A DNA stretch of 64,000 bases from Priapulus caudatus (Eukaryota). Both the position numbers and the translations under genes were made by a program. Shown piece after piece: positions 33,001 through 48,000 of this stretch. The stretch is from positions 391,773-455,772 of the forward strand of contig NW_014577078.1 of assembly GCF_000485595.1 (NCBI RefSeq), written 5' to 3'. Position 1 is the first letter of the stretch; the number at the start of each line of letters is the position of its first letter. The notes under the pieces are model-generated. The model was not told where the DNA came from. It saw only the letters and a list, made by a program, of their open reading frames with translations, and did not search any database.

Positions 33001-36000
33001 CATTCAATAACGTATTCCATTTCAAATCCGGCGCACAATTAGTAATAAACACATGAATATTAATCTAGGTTATGTGACGTCACGGACCATTCTGAACGAC
33101 GACGCCACGCTAAAGCTGAGTGTTGTGTATAAGATGGAGACAGAAAGCAATAATTTCAATGATTCTAGTGATTACTCAGATGATGATGATATTTATAGTG
33201 ATTTACCAGTTGGATATATATAGGTTTGAGCCTGAATATACACAAGAAGAAATTGAGGAGAATCATCTGAAAAGCAACGCAAAGAGTCGGCACAAACTTC
33301 TCAAGAATCAGAACAGTGACAACATGGCAGAATGGAAGCTTCGGTACCAGATAGGACTGTTACAGGCTACATGTTTGTGTCTTGACATGATAAATAAGCA
33401 TGAGAAATAACAAAAAACATTGAATATTTAACCACCACACGCACTATGTTTACATAATGGTGTCTCTCGAAATGGTTCGTGACGTCACATAACCTTGATA
33501 GAGTAACATAAACTATTCAGGTGTTTATTACTAATTGGGCGCCGGATTTGAAATGGAATACGTTATTGAATGTATTTCTATGTATAAAAACGTTACAGAA
33601 GTTATGAAATTTGACTTCAATTGTTCTTTAAGTTTTGCTATGTAATAATTCTCGATTCTAGTAAGTGTTTGCACCCCATCAGTCTTTGAATTTAGCCGGG
33701 CATCCGACGCCCAAAACGTGTAGAAATATCGGCGGGCATGTAAACATTGAAAGCTTCACTTGCCCGACGGGCTCCTGCTTTAAAAACGCATAAACTATAA
33801 TACAACTGGAAATTAACTGAAGGTTTTAATTTAAAATCACAAAATGTGAACTCCGGAAATGAATGGCGTAGACTTCTTTACTCGATACTCCAAAAATATT
33901 CCTACAAAATCTATGGGCAACTATAGAATGTCATTCGGGTGCGTACATTTTATGGAAGAAGGGTAGTATAGCTCAAAAAGCTTTTCGTGAAGACTGCCCC
34001 ATGGATATGTACGTTTTTAGTTTTATTCCTTTCAAGTTGTCAGCCGTCTTGTTTCTAGCAAAATATATAAATTGTGGTTTCGTGTTTCTCTTTGAGTGAT
34101 GTTGAGCTTAACCTTTGCCCATTTGTTGGAAGCCATGTTTCACAATCGAAAAGCATTTAAATGTTTGTTGTTATGTATGAACTACGTGGTTTCATTTCAG
34201 TTGCTCTGTATTTAAATCACTGCACTGGATGTCAACTCGGTGTGAGACCCGTTATGAACTAGCTGCAATCATACACATATTGGTAATACATCCCACTCTT
34301 TCTAGTCCACTGACATCGTCAAGCTGAGCTATTGCCAGTGGCGTAGACAGGTCCTCAGTTGTGGGGGGGATGATTTGCTGTATACTGCCATGACAATGTA
34401 TATGAAGAGTGTGCGCGAGTAGCCTTGGCGCAAAGCCCTTAATGGGTGGGGTCCAGGGGCCCTGTCAGGGTGCAGGGGCAGAACCCTTGCCCGAGGTCCA
34501 GGGGGCGGAGCCCCTGGAAGCTCTTGGATTTTTAGCAATTTAGAACTTCAAGATGGCCGTTTTTGAGGGGAATTGAAAAAAATTGATATTGTAAGCTGCA
34601 ATTTTGTGAATTCTAGGGTAATTTTTTTCTTTGGATTCCAAGAGGTTTAATAACACGCACCCCCCCCCACACACACACACACAACCAGTGGCGGATCCAG
34701 AAGAAAATGCTAAATATGTGGCCGAACCATTCGAGCTCAAAGGGCACGAAGCGCCCGGGGGGGGGGGTTACCCTCCCATTGTGTGGATCTTGTTGAAAAG
34801 TTGCAATCTAAAAGCACTCAATTTTGGACATCTCTATCATAGAATATCAGGATTTTTCCTTTTCAGGGCGTGTCCCCTCCTGGTTTAAGGGGGGGGGGTC
34901 TGGGGGATTTGTATGAAAGTAACACCTCTTCGATGCAATTTTTTGCACTATGACGGCCACACTACTTAATACAATCTTCATCACAATAACATCACTGTTG
35001 AGTTGAGTATTTTTACCTTTGTGGGACATTCAGACAAAATACTTACTACCAAATCTGTGCTATGTACATGTCTTCACTGGGATTACCAGTGCAGACTTCA
35101 CCTAGGCTAAAATACCTTTGCCCAGAAAATTCTAGGGGGGGGGGCGACCGCCCGTGCTACGGACAAACTACAGCACTGGAAGTCATCTCCTCTGATATTT
35201 TTGATAAAACGTATATTTTACTGAGAACGTTAAAACTGCAAAAAAATATGAGAAAACAACCAGATCTTGAACAAAAACTGCATGTTTTCACCCCTATTAT
35301 TATACAAATCAGGAATATACTTCCGCGTCGGGTCTCACGCACCCCCATCCCCCCCCCAAAAGTGAGATAAAATAGAATTTTCCCCATTCAAACCCCGTGA
35401 AGATTCAACATCCCAACTCTCAATAGATCTATTCTAATTTTGAATAAAGCAAGGATTTAACTTCTCAGTGAGCCAGTAATAAGACTTTGGGGATTTTTGG
35501 AAAAAAAATCGTATATGGGAACCCATCCAAATTAACCGTCTGAGTTTCAGTAAAATAATGTCATTCTGGAACGAGTTACAGCCATTTTACAGTAGACTGT
35601 ATGTCACGATCCATTTCTGTAATAATACATTAGGAGAGTATGAATAGCGATGCGGATTTGTAGATAAATATCCAGTATTTATTGTCTGTACAAGATAATA
35701 TTATTTTTTTCCCATTTTCTTCCTGAAAGTAGGGGGACGACAAGCCACCCCACCTCAATAAGTGTGGGGGGATATCTACCCCACTCCCCGCCTGATCTAC
35801 GCCGCCTGTCAGATCTAACACTCAATTTGATCTTCTTGATATGCATACAAATATTCATAATCATAATCTTTGTTAGCCAGTACTCTACAGGTGCCGCGCG
35901 AACAATTTTGAAGTGGGGGTGCTCAATTTGTTTACGCTCGACAGTGGCGCATGCAGGTTTGTCGAGCGAGAGTGGTAAGAACGCCGCGGTGGTATGCTCG

Positions 36001-39000
36001 GGTTCCTCTTCCCAGAAATTTCTGAATCCTTCCTTTTTCCTCCCTGACAAGTAGGGGGGAATGAATTGTACACGGCCATCCTCCCCCCCCAACGTCAATA
36101 AGTGGGGGGCGATGGCATCCCCCCCCCCGCTCATCTACGCCCTGGCATTTTGCAGGGTCGTCGCTCCGTCGTACGTCCGTCCGCTTCAGTATTTGGCTAC
36201 GTTCACGCATATGACTTAGGAACCATATTGACCACATCGTTGACATTGGCGATAGGTTGTTACCTGCTATGCTCCCATATTAAACGTCTCTTTTGGAGCA
36301 CGCCAGTCAACGTATTTCGACACCCACCTGGGAATTTTTGCCAAAAATGGGAATTGCATTTAGTCAGTTCAGAACCTTACAGCGGATTTCTTGTTCATTT
36401 GATCTGGTATTGTGAATGATAACGGCCTAGGGGTTTTGATATTTAAAAAAAATTTGGCAATTATATAGCATATTATATAGACACGCAGATAACAAACAGT
36501 CTGTGGTGTCACACTCGTCTGGTTCGTTTTACAAGATTTCATTGACAATATCTTTAATGCAAAATTCCTGCTATGAGCATATTATGATTTATACAATTAT
36601 TATTATATTATTATTATTATGATATAATGATTTATGCTAAGAAACATCAAAGCGGGTATAGCGCCATCTACCATCACAAATTGTGATTCATTTTGGTTTA
36701 TAAATTATTTATAATTTATATATAATATTATTTATTATTTTCACATAAAAAATTACACATAATTATCAAGAGTATATAATGGGAGTTCTCCCATATATAC
36801 TCTTCCCCCATATGCGTTTCTATAATGTACGTCAATGGTTGCTCAATTAAAACTGACTTCTTCTCACTCACTCATTTGTGTCCTTTTTTGTGGTGAGCTA
36901 CAGTGTCATTGACACTTTCATTAGATGTTAAATTGTTTTAAAATTTACAAGCTATACACGATGCACCTGATATCAAAAGCAATGAAATTTTTCTGTTGTT
37001 GCCTGGGGTGGAACAAGAAACTGTGTGGTGACAGTGTGACTGGACATCGTAGGACTTGGTTTGTCAAAAATTTGGTATTATTGTTTATTGTACACATAAT
37101 AGTTTATACCATTTCTACAAATCACTTAGCCAATGTTGTCTAAACAGTAGTTTGATCATACTATGTCGTTGAATCCTGTGGTCCATAGTTCCATGATTAA
37201 AATGTATTGAAAACCCCATGCTGCATGCATCTCTTAATGGTTTTTTTATTTAATACCTTTTTTATTTATTTCAGGTTTAATTATTGAATATGAAAAGAAT
37301 GGAGGAAAGTTTTCGAGAGTCCTTGATTTGTTAGACTTCACAGCTGAGTATGTTTCTAACTATACCTGGTACTTTTCTGCATCTGATTGTAGCAAACCAG
37401 CAACAGCTTGTTCAGAAACCTGAAACATTTCTTATTGCTACACCTGCCGCTATTGCTCTATCTATCTATCTATCCATCCATTCATCTGTCTACCCATGTG
37501 CTCCCCCAGTTGGTTTATTCCCGGTTGGCCTACTCCCATTTCGCCTACTCCCAATTCGTCTACGCTCAAAATCTACCCCATTCACATTTCGTCTACGATC
37601 GGTTTGTTCACTAAATAATTATTTATAAATAATAAAATATGGTTACAAATAATGAGAACACAGCTTGACAAACATAGAAAATACAGTACTTGGCATAAAA
37701 ATGGGAGTAGGCGAAATGGGAAAATTGCCGATTCTGAGAGCAGACGAAATGGGAGTAGGCGAATGGGACTGCAAAAGACAAATTCAGTATTATATATAGT
37801 GATGGGAATCGGTTGGAATTTCATCATCGTTTATCGGTGGCACCAAACCGATCTATTTATTCGATAAACTCTGTTGACGGTTGTAATTCGATACACGACT
37901 CGAAAAAAACAATGCCAACGCCCGCTGACACATATGCACTGCCAACGCCCGCTGACACGTATACACTGACGAAAATCCTCGTGACTCTATGAAGCACTCC
38001 CCGCGCTCCCTCTCTCTCCCTCTTCCGGATATGTTTAACGCTAATCTGAAATATACAAGTTATAAATGCAAACTCTTCGGAACAATAATCTATTTTCATA
38101 ATCGAGCGCTTAGTCGGTTGCTGCAAAGACTGACTTTCAATTATAATCGATCATCGGGACATCACTAGTATATTATATTTGCAAAATATGCGCATGTCTA
38201 CATGGTGTCTTGTTTGTTTAGCAGTGACATAGAGCTGGTGCTTGAAGACCTGGCTGCACGGGAATCACTCATTACCCAGGCACGAGCAAACAGCATTCGA
38301 CCACCGTTGCTTAGTATCCTTTAAAAATATGGTGAGTTTATGGGATTTCGGATTTAAGGAAAATCCCCAGATCTGCCCAACTGTAGATCGATGTGGATTC
38401 TTCATTATTTATAAACAACGGGGTTGTATAGGTGATATCAGGGGCTGGAAATAGTGGTTTATGCCCGCAGGTCCGGGACTTTTCAGCAATATTTTTGGAA
38501 TATCCGATGAAAGATTTGGAAGGTCCGAATATGAAGTTTCTGACATGTGTACTGTAAAGTATGGGTTGCAGATGTCACAAATAGTAGTTGAGTGATTGGA
38601 AATGTAGCGACTGTGGTTGCATAATGTGTTGGTCGGCGGTAGCGTGTTTGATGTAGTATGGATGATGGAGATGCGAAACGGTTGAGAGGGAGTTGTTGTA
38701 CATGTGGGCAGCAGGTGTGGTTGTCCGGGCGCGCGCGACGTCCTTTGTTATCTAGAAATGTATAAAGGGAAGGTTTGCATTTTTCGACGAAGTACAAGTA
38801 GTTTCGGTTTTATTTTGCAAGTTATTTATACAGTCTTCACGAATGAAATTTCTAAACACTGGACCTTCGGTCCACCAAGCCAGCAAAATTTACTGGACCG
38901 GACTAAATTTTACTGGACCAATATTATTTTGACATTTTTGACAATAAAGAACAAAACAGTAATATCATTTTGTATTTTACCTATAATAATACCTTCTAAT

Positions 39001-42000
39001 ACCTACACTGCTATGATAACAGTAGTAATACCTATCAAATATACATCATATACCTTCTACACACTACAATAAAAGCTGCAAAANNNNNNNNNNTGTGTAG
39101 AACACCTGTGTGTCAATATTGTTCAAACCTCTCTCCCACCCTCCTCGCCACTCTACCCCTTCCGTCATTTCGCACGCCGAGCTTGAAAACCACCCTGTTG
39201 TGTCAGTCAACACGGGCACACCGTCCGTAAGCGCGCAGCGTAAACCGGTTCGCAACGACTTGGAGCGGCGGAGCGTTGTTGACAATGGCACCTCATTACC
39301 GCCTAACGAGCTCGCACACAGCGTTATGAGTCCAGCAGCTGTTACTGAAGACGAAATTATCAAGTGTTTAAAATTGCAACATCTCAGCAGGCGACAACTT
39401 ACAGAATTGCTAAATCGCTAATTACACACAATACAGACTTGTTCGCTATTAAAGATGGTGACATCGGACCGGGTACACACTTAGCTACCATGGCTGTCGA
39501 TACACAAGGCCACCCGCCCGTAGCACAAAAAGCTTATTGAACACCTTTGTTACAACGCCAAGCATTGCAAACACATATAGACAGACTTACGAGCTGGCGT
39601 AATTTCAGAGGGCTTGAGCGATGGTCAAGTCCCGTGTTTATAGTTAAGAAAAAACACGATTCACTGGGTCGGATCATTGTGGATTACAGGCAACTTAATC
39701 GGGTGACTAATTCCATTGTATACCCTCTCCCGCGAATAGAGGACATACTCGCATCTCTTGGTAACGCTCAGTGTTTTTCCACTTTAGATTTAAAGAGCGG
39801 GTATTTTAAAATACCTATGGATCCAATCGACAAGCACAAAACGTGTATAGTTACACATAATTCAAGTTATATCTTTGAAATATTACCATTTGGTTTAAAA
39901 AATGCGCCTAGCGTCTTTCAAAAACTATTGAATAGAGTTAACAGGTTTACATGACACATGTGCTATACCATATATCGATGACATCATCATTTATTCTCCA
40001 TCTTTTTCTCAGCACGGTGTTCGATCGCTTGCGTACTGCACGTTTGAAATTAAATCCTAGTAAGTGTGTTTTTCTTAAAGAAATCGTTCTTTATCTAGGG
40101 CACACGATCTCAGCGGCCGGCGTTTCACCCGACCCCAAAAAGATTGCGGCAATAGAAAATTTTTAACCGCCGAAAACAGTTAAGCAAATCCGCTCATTTC
40201 TTGGTTTAGCATCAGACTACCGTTGCCATATGCAAAATTTGGCGCGAATCGCCGTGCCATTGGTAAAGTTAACAAAGAAACATGTTTGCTATGTCTGAGA
40301 CAATAGCGCACAGGCCACTTTTGTTGCGCTCAAGCATGCATTGTCTCATGCTCCAGTCCTTGCCTACCCCAATATTCGAGAGCCGTATACTTTATGTACC
40401 GATGCCAGCTCTTACGCAGTTGGGGCTGTCTTATCACAGTATGATTCTAATGTCAATGTGGTATTTATCCAATATATAAGTCACCAGTTGTCACCATCAC
40501 AGTGTCGTTGGCCTGTTGTTGAATGCGAGACCTACGCCATTATTTACTCGCTCCAGAAATGCCGCCATTATTTAATCGGAGCCTCTGTACGTGTACTAAC
40601 CGACCATTTACCTCTCTGATATCTATTAACGTCGCCAAATTTGAAAAATGCCCGTCTTATACGCTGGGCAGTAATAATTAGCGAATAAAATCCTACAATT
40701 ATTTACAGGGCAGGGAAACTCAACGCCAACGCGGATCTTTTGTCTCACGTAACACAGTGCAAGAACGAAGACACTGTGTGCGAGCGATAATCTAACCCCA
40801 TTTATAACGTTTGTTTTGCTAACAGATTGCTTGGTAACAGTGGGTCCGTTTTTTGATACAAAACTAAATTTAAACAAACTCATGTTTGCCCTCATTTGAT
40901 GCAATACATATGTGTCATCTGCACGCATTCCGAGTTACTCGCACGTGCGACAAGTGACTTCTGGTATGGTGAAACTGCGCGCATTCGCATTAACTTCCGT
41001 TATAAACAACCATGCTACTAAATAACGCTGCAGCATACGCGATCAGTATGTGTAATTTCGATCAGATTTTCAGTAAATTTGACTCTTGTGCTTGGTATGT
41101 TTCATCGTGAATATTAAATATGATGCTAGATGTCGAAAGTGACAAAAAATCGATCTACTTTCGCTTTATTTCTTTGCAATTTTCAATGGTTTAATGATGT
41201 TTCATTTGATGAAAGTGGAGTACTGTCAATTATTGATAGTTCCGACGGACTTTCTGCTTAGAAATTGCGAAGGTCCGAGCATGAAATCTGCAGGTTCCGG
41301 ACCTTGGAATTGTCCTATTTTCAGCCTCTGGATATGCTTTATTTATGGAGCTTGATGTTGATACTGATGATGTTGATGTTGATGATGATGTTGATGTTGA
41401 TGTTGATGTTAATACTATCAGGTACTATCTATAGTATGCGATTGGAGTTATAAAATAATCCTGTGTGTTACTGATTCTTTTATATGTAAACCGATGTTGT
41501 CCTTAAGTATTTAAATAGGACTCCGGGAAAAGTTGAAATGGGATTCTTCACATGAATTTACACTTTCAAAAGTAAGTGCTCATGATAAGTGTTAATAGTC
41601 TATTGAAATTATAAAAGGTCAAAGTCGGTCACTTATTTGAATGGCTTATACATGTACATGCGAACTTGTGAGATTAAGTACACGAGGAGATCAATTTTAA
41701 AGTTATAATGTATTATCATAATCAATAATAAGATCTAATAGTGTAGTATATGTGTTATGTAACAGAAAACGCCAGTTAAATATCCCAAAACGAAGCTATA
41801 TTTGCAAACATTTGATTTTTTTTAAGGTGCTGAGAGCTCATGCGTTGCCACTGACAAATGTGGCATTCAACAAGCATGGCTCTCGATTTATCACAGGAAG
41901 TTATGATCGTACATGCAAAGTGTGGGAGACTTCCACAGGAAATGAACTCAAAACACTTACAGGTCATAAAAATGTTGTGTACGCAATTGATTTCAACAAT

Positions 42001-45000
42001 CCATTTGGGTATGTCGAATCCTTCTGTTGTAAGGGTTTTTATATGTGACTTTATATGTTTTACAAATATTAAGGCACACATTTCAGTAGTATAGCTAACC
42101 TAATTTGCCTGGAGGGAGGCGGTGTAAAGCCATGTATGTGGTGTGTTTTAGAAAGGTGTAACCATACACCATCAACGCTGTAATGTAACTATATAATTTA
42201 TATTTAGTCATCACATTTGCTACATTTTAGAGACAAGGTTGCAACTGGCTCTTTTGACAAAACCTGTAAAGTTTGGAATCCAGAAACAGGAGAATGCTAT
42301 TATACATTAAAAGGACATACAGCAGAAATAGTAAGTGATCGTACTGAATTGGTTTACAAAATGCGGTTTTGACCGATCTGTCTGACTGAGATAACCACAG
42401 CCCTGAGAGAATAGTGACTCAAGCTATTGTATTGTTTCTGGGTTTGTCTCGCCATCACCACACACTGGCGTCACTGTATGAGGTCAATGATTTAAAGCAT
42501 TTTTACTTAACAAGTTTACCCATCGCGATGCCCATTGCTAACCAGGGGCCCGTTGTCAGAAACAAAATTAGGCTTAAGATTAGTCTTAAAAATAACTCTT
42601 GACTCGTAAACTGTTGACAGAAACATCGTAAATTTACGAGAATGAAAAATCCTCGCAAATATCCTCCTGACATTACGAGAGCCCAGACCCTCTCGTAACT
42701 CTAAGTTCGACATCAAAAAGACAAAATGGCGATGGTAATTAGACACAGACGAGCACAACAAATGTAATTTACACGAGAGAACCAACCTTATTCAGGAAAG
42801 ACACACAATCCTACATGGATGATTTAACTGAGGCAACGTGTCGCGAGCAATTTTGTGTTACGCGGAACACAGTGTTCCGGACAACAGAAATGTTCTCGGA
42901 AAGATTAGAGCGAGCGACAAGGCGACACTGCATTGGCCCCGATTTTGCAGGTGAGTTTTGTTCATTTTTATATCATTTAACATTTGAATTGCTCCAAGAA
43001 TGTTGAGGGCTTATCTCAGTTTTGTACAGGGATTTCGCATGCACTTTTGCAGTTACGTACCACAGAATATCATAACTTTCTTTTGACTTCAATAATTCTG
43101 AAGGAAGTCCTACAAACACGATGTTAAAAAATTGCAACTAAAAGTTTACTTGTGTAATACCGCGGAAAGACATACCACGGCTAGCTGTGTAAAGTTATAA
43201 CTCTGGACTAGACAGTGGTAGAATTAGCCAATTACAGGCAGTAGCGTAGAACGGAGTGACCAGAAACAATAGGTAGGTGGGTCTACAAATGTGTGTATAT
43301 AATCACGTGTTTGGCTAGAGACAGGATCGGAGAAAGAGTGAGAAAGAGAGGGTTGAGATATACTACGCATTGGTTAGAGAATAGCACGACACAGCAATAG
43401 CCTCTGGTTCCTGTCACACGAACGACCGTTTATTCTTGAGAGTTGTCGATAGTGTTTAAACATCACCGCACCACCGTGTGTTTCACCACCGTCGTCGCAG
43501 ACATGTATCTGTAAGTCCATTGTTATTCTTATAAATAGCTACGGAGTTCGTTGTCTGCATATTTCTGTATTTTCTCATGCGATTGCTGATGCATATTTTG
43601 GCGGAGCGTATGCCGTATACTATACTATTGATTTTGCTACTCCCGCCACTGCCTTTCCTGCCTGTCGGCCTCTCTGTCTAATTTGTCTTTCATTTTTACT
43701 CGTTCCCCTCCTTTGTGTAACCATACCATTGTGTTCGTCATGGCAAACCCTCGTCAGCAACTTAAAGATCCACTCCTTACGCCGTCATCCCTTCTATCTG
43801 ATATTAACATTGTTCGTCTGGTGGAATCTGTTTCCTTCGAGGATGACGAGGTTACCTTTCCAACGAGCAGTATGAAACAATTAATTAAAGAAGTTCAAAG
43901 TTTATTGTTGTTGGGAGGTTACCCAACATTTAATGGTCGTGATGATAGCCCGGTCTCTTTTGGAGACTCTTTTGGAGAGTGGCTGAAATCGCTTAACCAA
44001 TTCTTACTTATATTAGATGAAACAACTGACAAACGTCGTGTTCGACTGGCGCTGCGTTTACTCAGTGATGAGCCGGCTAGTTATGCTGCGGAGATTTTTA
44101 CCATGTACCCAGCAATTGAATGGGTGCATTTTATACAGATTATGAAACAACGCTATACGGATTCGAGTGAGGTACCCGTAGCATTACAGAAGTTTAAGAA
44201 AGGTAAGCAACGCTCGTTTGAGTCGGTACAGGCGTTTGCCAAATGCTTGGAGAACCATGCACGAATTGTGTTTGGTATAATTAATGATACGATACGGTTC
44301 ACGATATTTGACTAATGGAACAACTTATTGATGGAATTTCGTCCGAATCTCTAAAGGCCCGTCTCCACACACGCGGCACGACACGACACAGCAAAACGCA
44401 GCGCCGTTGCGCTGAAAAAAAATACATTGTGATTTCGCGCATTGTGTCTGAGCGCATTGTGTTCACTCTGGTTCAGTGATCAGAAATTATGCATGTGCTT
44501 GTTGTCCATTGGCTGAGCAGAACACGTGATAAAAAACAATCGCGTTGATTGGTTCAATTGTCTTTTCGCCGTCACGTCAGCCGGCACAAGTCAAACTCAT
44601 TTGACTTTCGCCGTCGCCGTGAAACCCGGCTGGCGCCGTGCCGTGTCAGTGGAGACTGCGCCATAAGATATAATAGATTTGAACTTTGCCGGTAGGGGTG
44701 AACGACGCCGTTTCCGTGGCGTTCCGTGCCGCGCCGCGTGTGTGGAGACAGGCCTTAAAGCGTACGTTAGTTTGGCAGAAACCGTCATCTTTATTAAAGC
44801 TGTGAAACTGGCAAATGCTGAAAGTGCGCTTGATTTGGAGGTAAGAATTTGCTCACAAAAGCCTGAAGTTACCGAGGTTTCACAAATTACGGCGACTAAT
44901 GCACAGACTATCCAACAACAGATAGCGGATTTGAGACAAATCTTAGCTGATTTATCGCAAACACGCAGGGCTGACGCTGCAGCTGACAATGTAGACACGC

Positions 45001-48000
45001 GGACTGCTAATAGCGGGCGCGCAGAGCAATTTACGCCTCTACCACCACGCTACAATACACGTATGTCTAACCCACGACAATTTGACCCTTCTCATTTGTC
45101 TTATCAATCACCTCCGCCACCATCTTATCCCTACTGCTCCGCTTCGCAACATCCTAAATCCTTTCAGTCACGGTCGTTTTAATCACTGCCTGCTAACACA
45201 ACACGCCCGCCACCGTTCACTCCTGTACCAAACACCCGTTATTCATACACGCCAGACAACCGCCCGATCTGTGCTTTATGTAATCAATCCGGACATATGT
45301 GGAGAAACTGCCATCTTCAACAATGAGGACCTACCTCGTATATGCCGCGGGTAAATGCAAACGCTACGTTCATGACAAGACGTTGAAAGTAGCTTCGATA
45401 GTAGAAAAGTCTCACGATCGAATGCAGAGGCCTGCATCAGCTTTTAATGACAATACCATACCGTGTTGGTATGTCCAATTTATACTCTGTCAAATTTAGG
45501 GATGTTTCTGTAAACGCTTTACTGGATACAGGATCGCCTGTTTTCCTAATTAATAACGAGTTGTGGGATGAATTAAAAGAGCGTTATCAAAATGATTTTT
45601 TACGGGATAGTACGCAAATGATAAATTAAGCAAGCGGTCACCATTTGTTTGTGTTGGGTCGCGTAAATTTACCAGTGCAAATAGCTAATCATACTGTTTC
45701 TCAGGTATTCTATACTGTGCAAAATTTCACACACACGGCATTGCTTGGATTTAATTTTATGACGCGACATCGCATTAATTTAAATTGTGCACGGAATTTG
45801 CGAACGATTAATAATACCACTGTGCGTATGTTAATATATGCAACTGCTTCCTGTGCGCGTTTTACGCTGTGGTATTCCATTGTGCCCCCAAAAGCAACTC
45901 GTAGTGTCCGCTGTGTTCCATTATTGTCTACGCCTTCTCATACTCAGCCAACTGGTCCCCACCCAAACCATCTGCGTACTGTTATTCCTTTGTATAATCC
46001 GCAATCCTGCCCGCTACACGTAATCAGAGGAACAACCCTGCAGCTGCATACATCTTCACTTGTTACACCTACTCCCCCTCCTGTGTTGTCAATGCCACTC
46101 AGTACAAGTGTTTCCCACACACCCACTCACGCTCATAGGGTCTATGTCCCCCAGGGTACTGCCGGAACGTACCCTGGGTACGGTCCGGCTATACCGGAAA
46201 CGTACCCTTGGTCACTATTTGATATGGTTAGGGTTAGGGTTAGGGTTAGGTAGGGAGTAGGGCTAGCGACCTCGCTAGACTCGGTTAGTGGAGTCAGGCG
46301 AGGTAACGGTCCGGCTATCACTATAATATGAGTACCAGCAGGTACGTTCCGGTAGACCGGACCCGTACCAAGGTTACGCTGCGGCGTACCCGGCGGACAT
46401 AGACCCTTCAGCCCATCACCCGACCACACCAAATTGGATACGCACGCCGTAAAGTGTTTCACTCACTGCCAAAATTGCCGCCACCCCGTCTTTTCAACCG
46501 CTGGACTCATGCACTGCTTCAAGCCACGTTCATAATCCCCTCCCACACCTCCGCGGGCCGCACACATGATTCCCACGCCCTATGCAAGCTGCTAATTGTC
46601 CATTGAGCTTTTCCATCCTCATTTTGCACTACTGGTTTCCCGAAGTTTTTAGAAAAGAAAAAAAACCAGTATCTGCTCATATTGAACCTTATGTATGTTT
46701 CACGCCGTCATGTCTCAGCACCTTCGCCGCGCACGTTATTATCATCTCAGTATACATTTACCTAATTGATACCACAGCTGTGCTCTTGTGCGGCTGGCTA
46801 CTGAAGGGCTCCTCGCGCGCCGTGTTAGAACAGCTGATTGTGTGCATAGGTTGTTCAATCACTCTCGTCCACCCTCCTCGCCACTCTAACCCCTCGTTAT
46901 TTCGCAGCGCGAGCCTGGGGAAACCGACCGTGTTTGGTCAGTTCAACACGGCCACACCGTCGTAAGCGCCGGCACAGCGTAAAACGGTTGCAACGACTCC
47001 TGTGAGCGGCGGCCCTCACCTCGACTCTTATCGCGAGCGTGTTGTTGGATCAGACTGGCGCTACCTATTACCGCCTAACGGAGCTTCGCACACAGCGTTT
47101 ATGAAGTCCAGCCAAGGGCGTGTTACTTGCGAAGACGAAACTTATCAAATGGTGAACAATTGCACATCTCAGCAGGCCGACAATGATCATTTGGAGATGT
47201 GGCTAAACTCGTTTTTTTTTTTTAGGTCAGGAGCCTACATAATACAGCTGGTTGCTATTAGAAAGCATGGTGACATCGTGACGGGTTATACACAATTAGC
47301 TTCCAATGTGCTGTCGGATACACAGGCCACCCGCCGTAGCACAAATAGACTTATTGAAACAGCGTTGTTACAACGCCAAGCTTTGCAATAGACACATAGA
47401 AAGATTACGGCTGGCTGTAAATTCGAGGGCTTTGAGCGATGCGTCACGTAGGTAGGACGCCGTGTCTTATATAAGTAAAAACACGAAATTCATGGGGTCG
47501 GAATCGATTGTGGATATACAGGCAACTTAAGTCGGGTGACTAATTCCTTGGTATACCCTTTCCGGAATAGAGGACGATATCGCATACTCTTGGTAACGCC
47601 AGTGTTTTTCCACTTAGATTTAAAAGCGTGGGTATTCTTAAATAACGCTATGGATCAATCGACAGCACATAAACGGTATTAGTTTACCACATATTCAAGT
47701 TTATAATCTTTGATAATTAACATTTGGTTTATAAAAAGTGCGCCTAGCGTCTTTCAAAAACTATTTGAATTAGAGTTATGCAGGCATTTACATGACTTAC
47801 ATGTGCTTATTACCATTTATATCTCTCGATGGACGCATCTATGGGATGTTATCTTCACTCTCTTTCATCGTTTTCTCAGACGGTGTTTCGACGCGCTTGC
47901 GAACTGCAGTCTTAATATGTATAAGCTATAGCTTAAGTGTTTTTTCTAACATAGAAATCGTTCTTATCTAGGGCAACGATCTTTCTCTAGCGGCCGGCGT

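Larger units (their letters stand above)
38314..41518 (+). other. U12-type (minor spliceosome) GT-AG intron, DAW1 intron 3
   Basis: 5' site GTATCCTTT; branch site TCCTTAAG at 41500-41507 close to the AG; no polypyrimidine tract; phase 1. Confidence 0.85.

Noticed and set aside
46227..46251. (TTAGGG)n as an interstitial telomere
   Set aside because: It is internal to a MITE family whose other copy (~26600-26631) carries the same motif.
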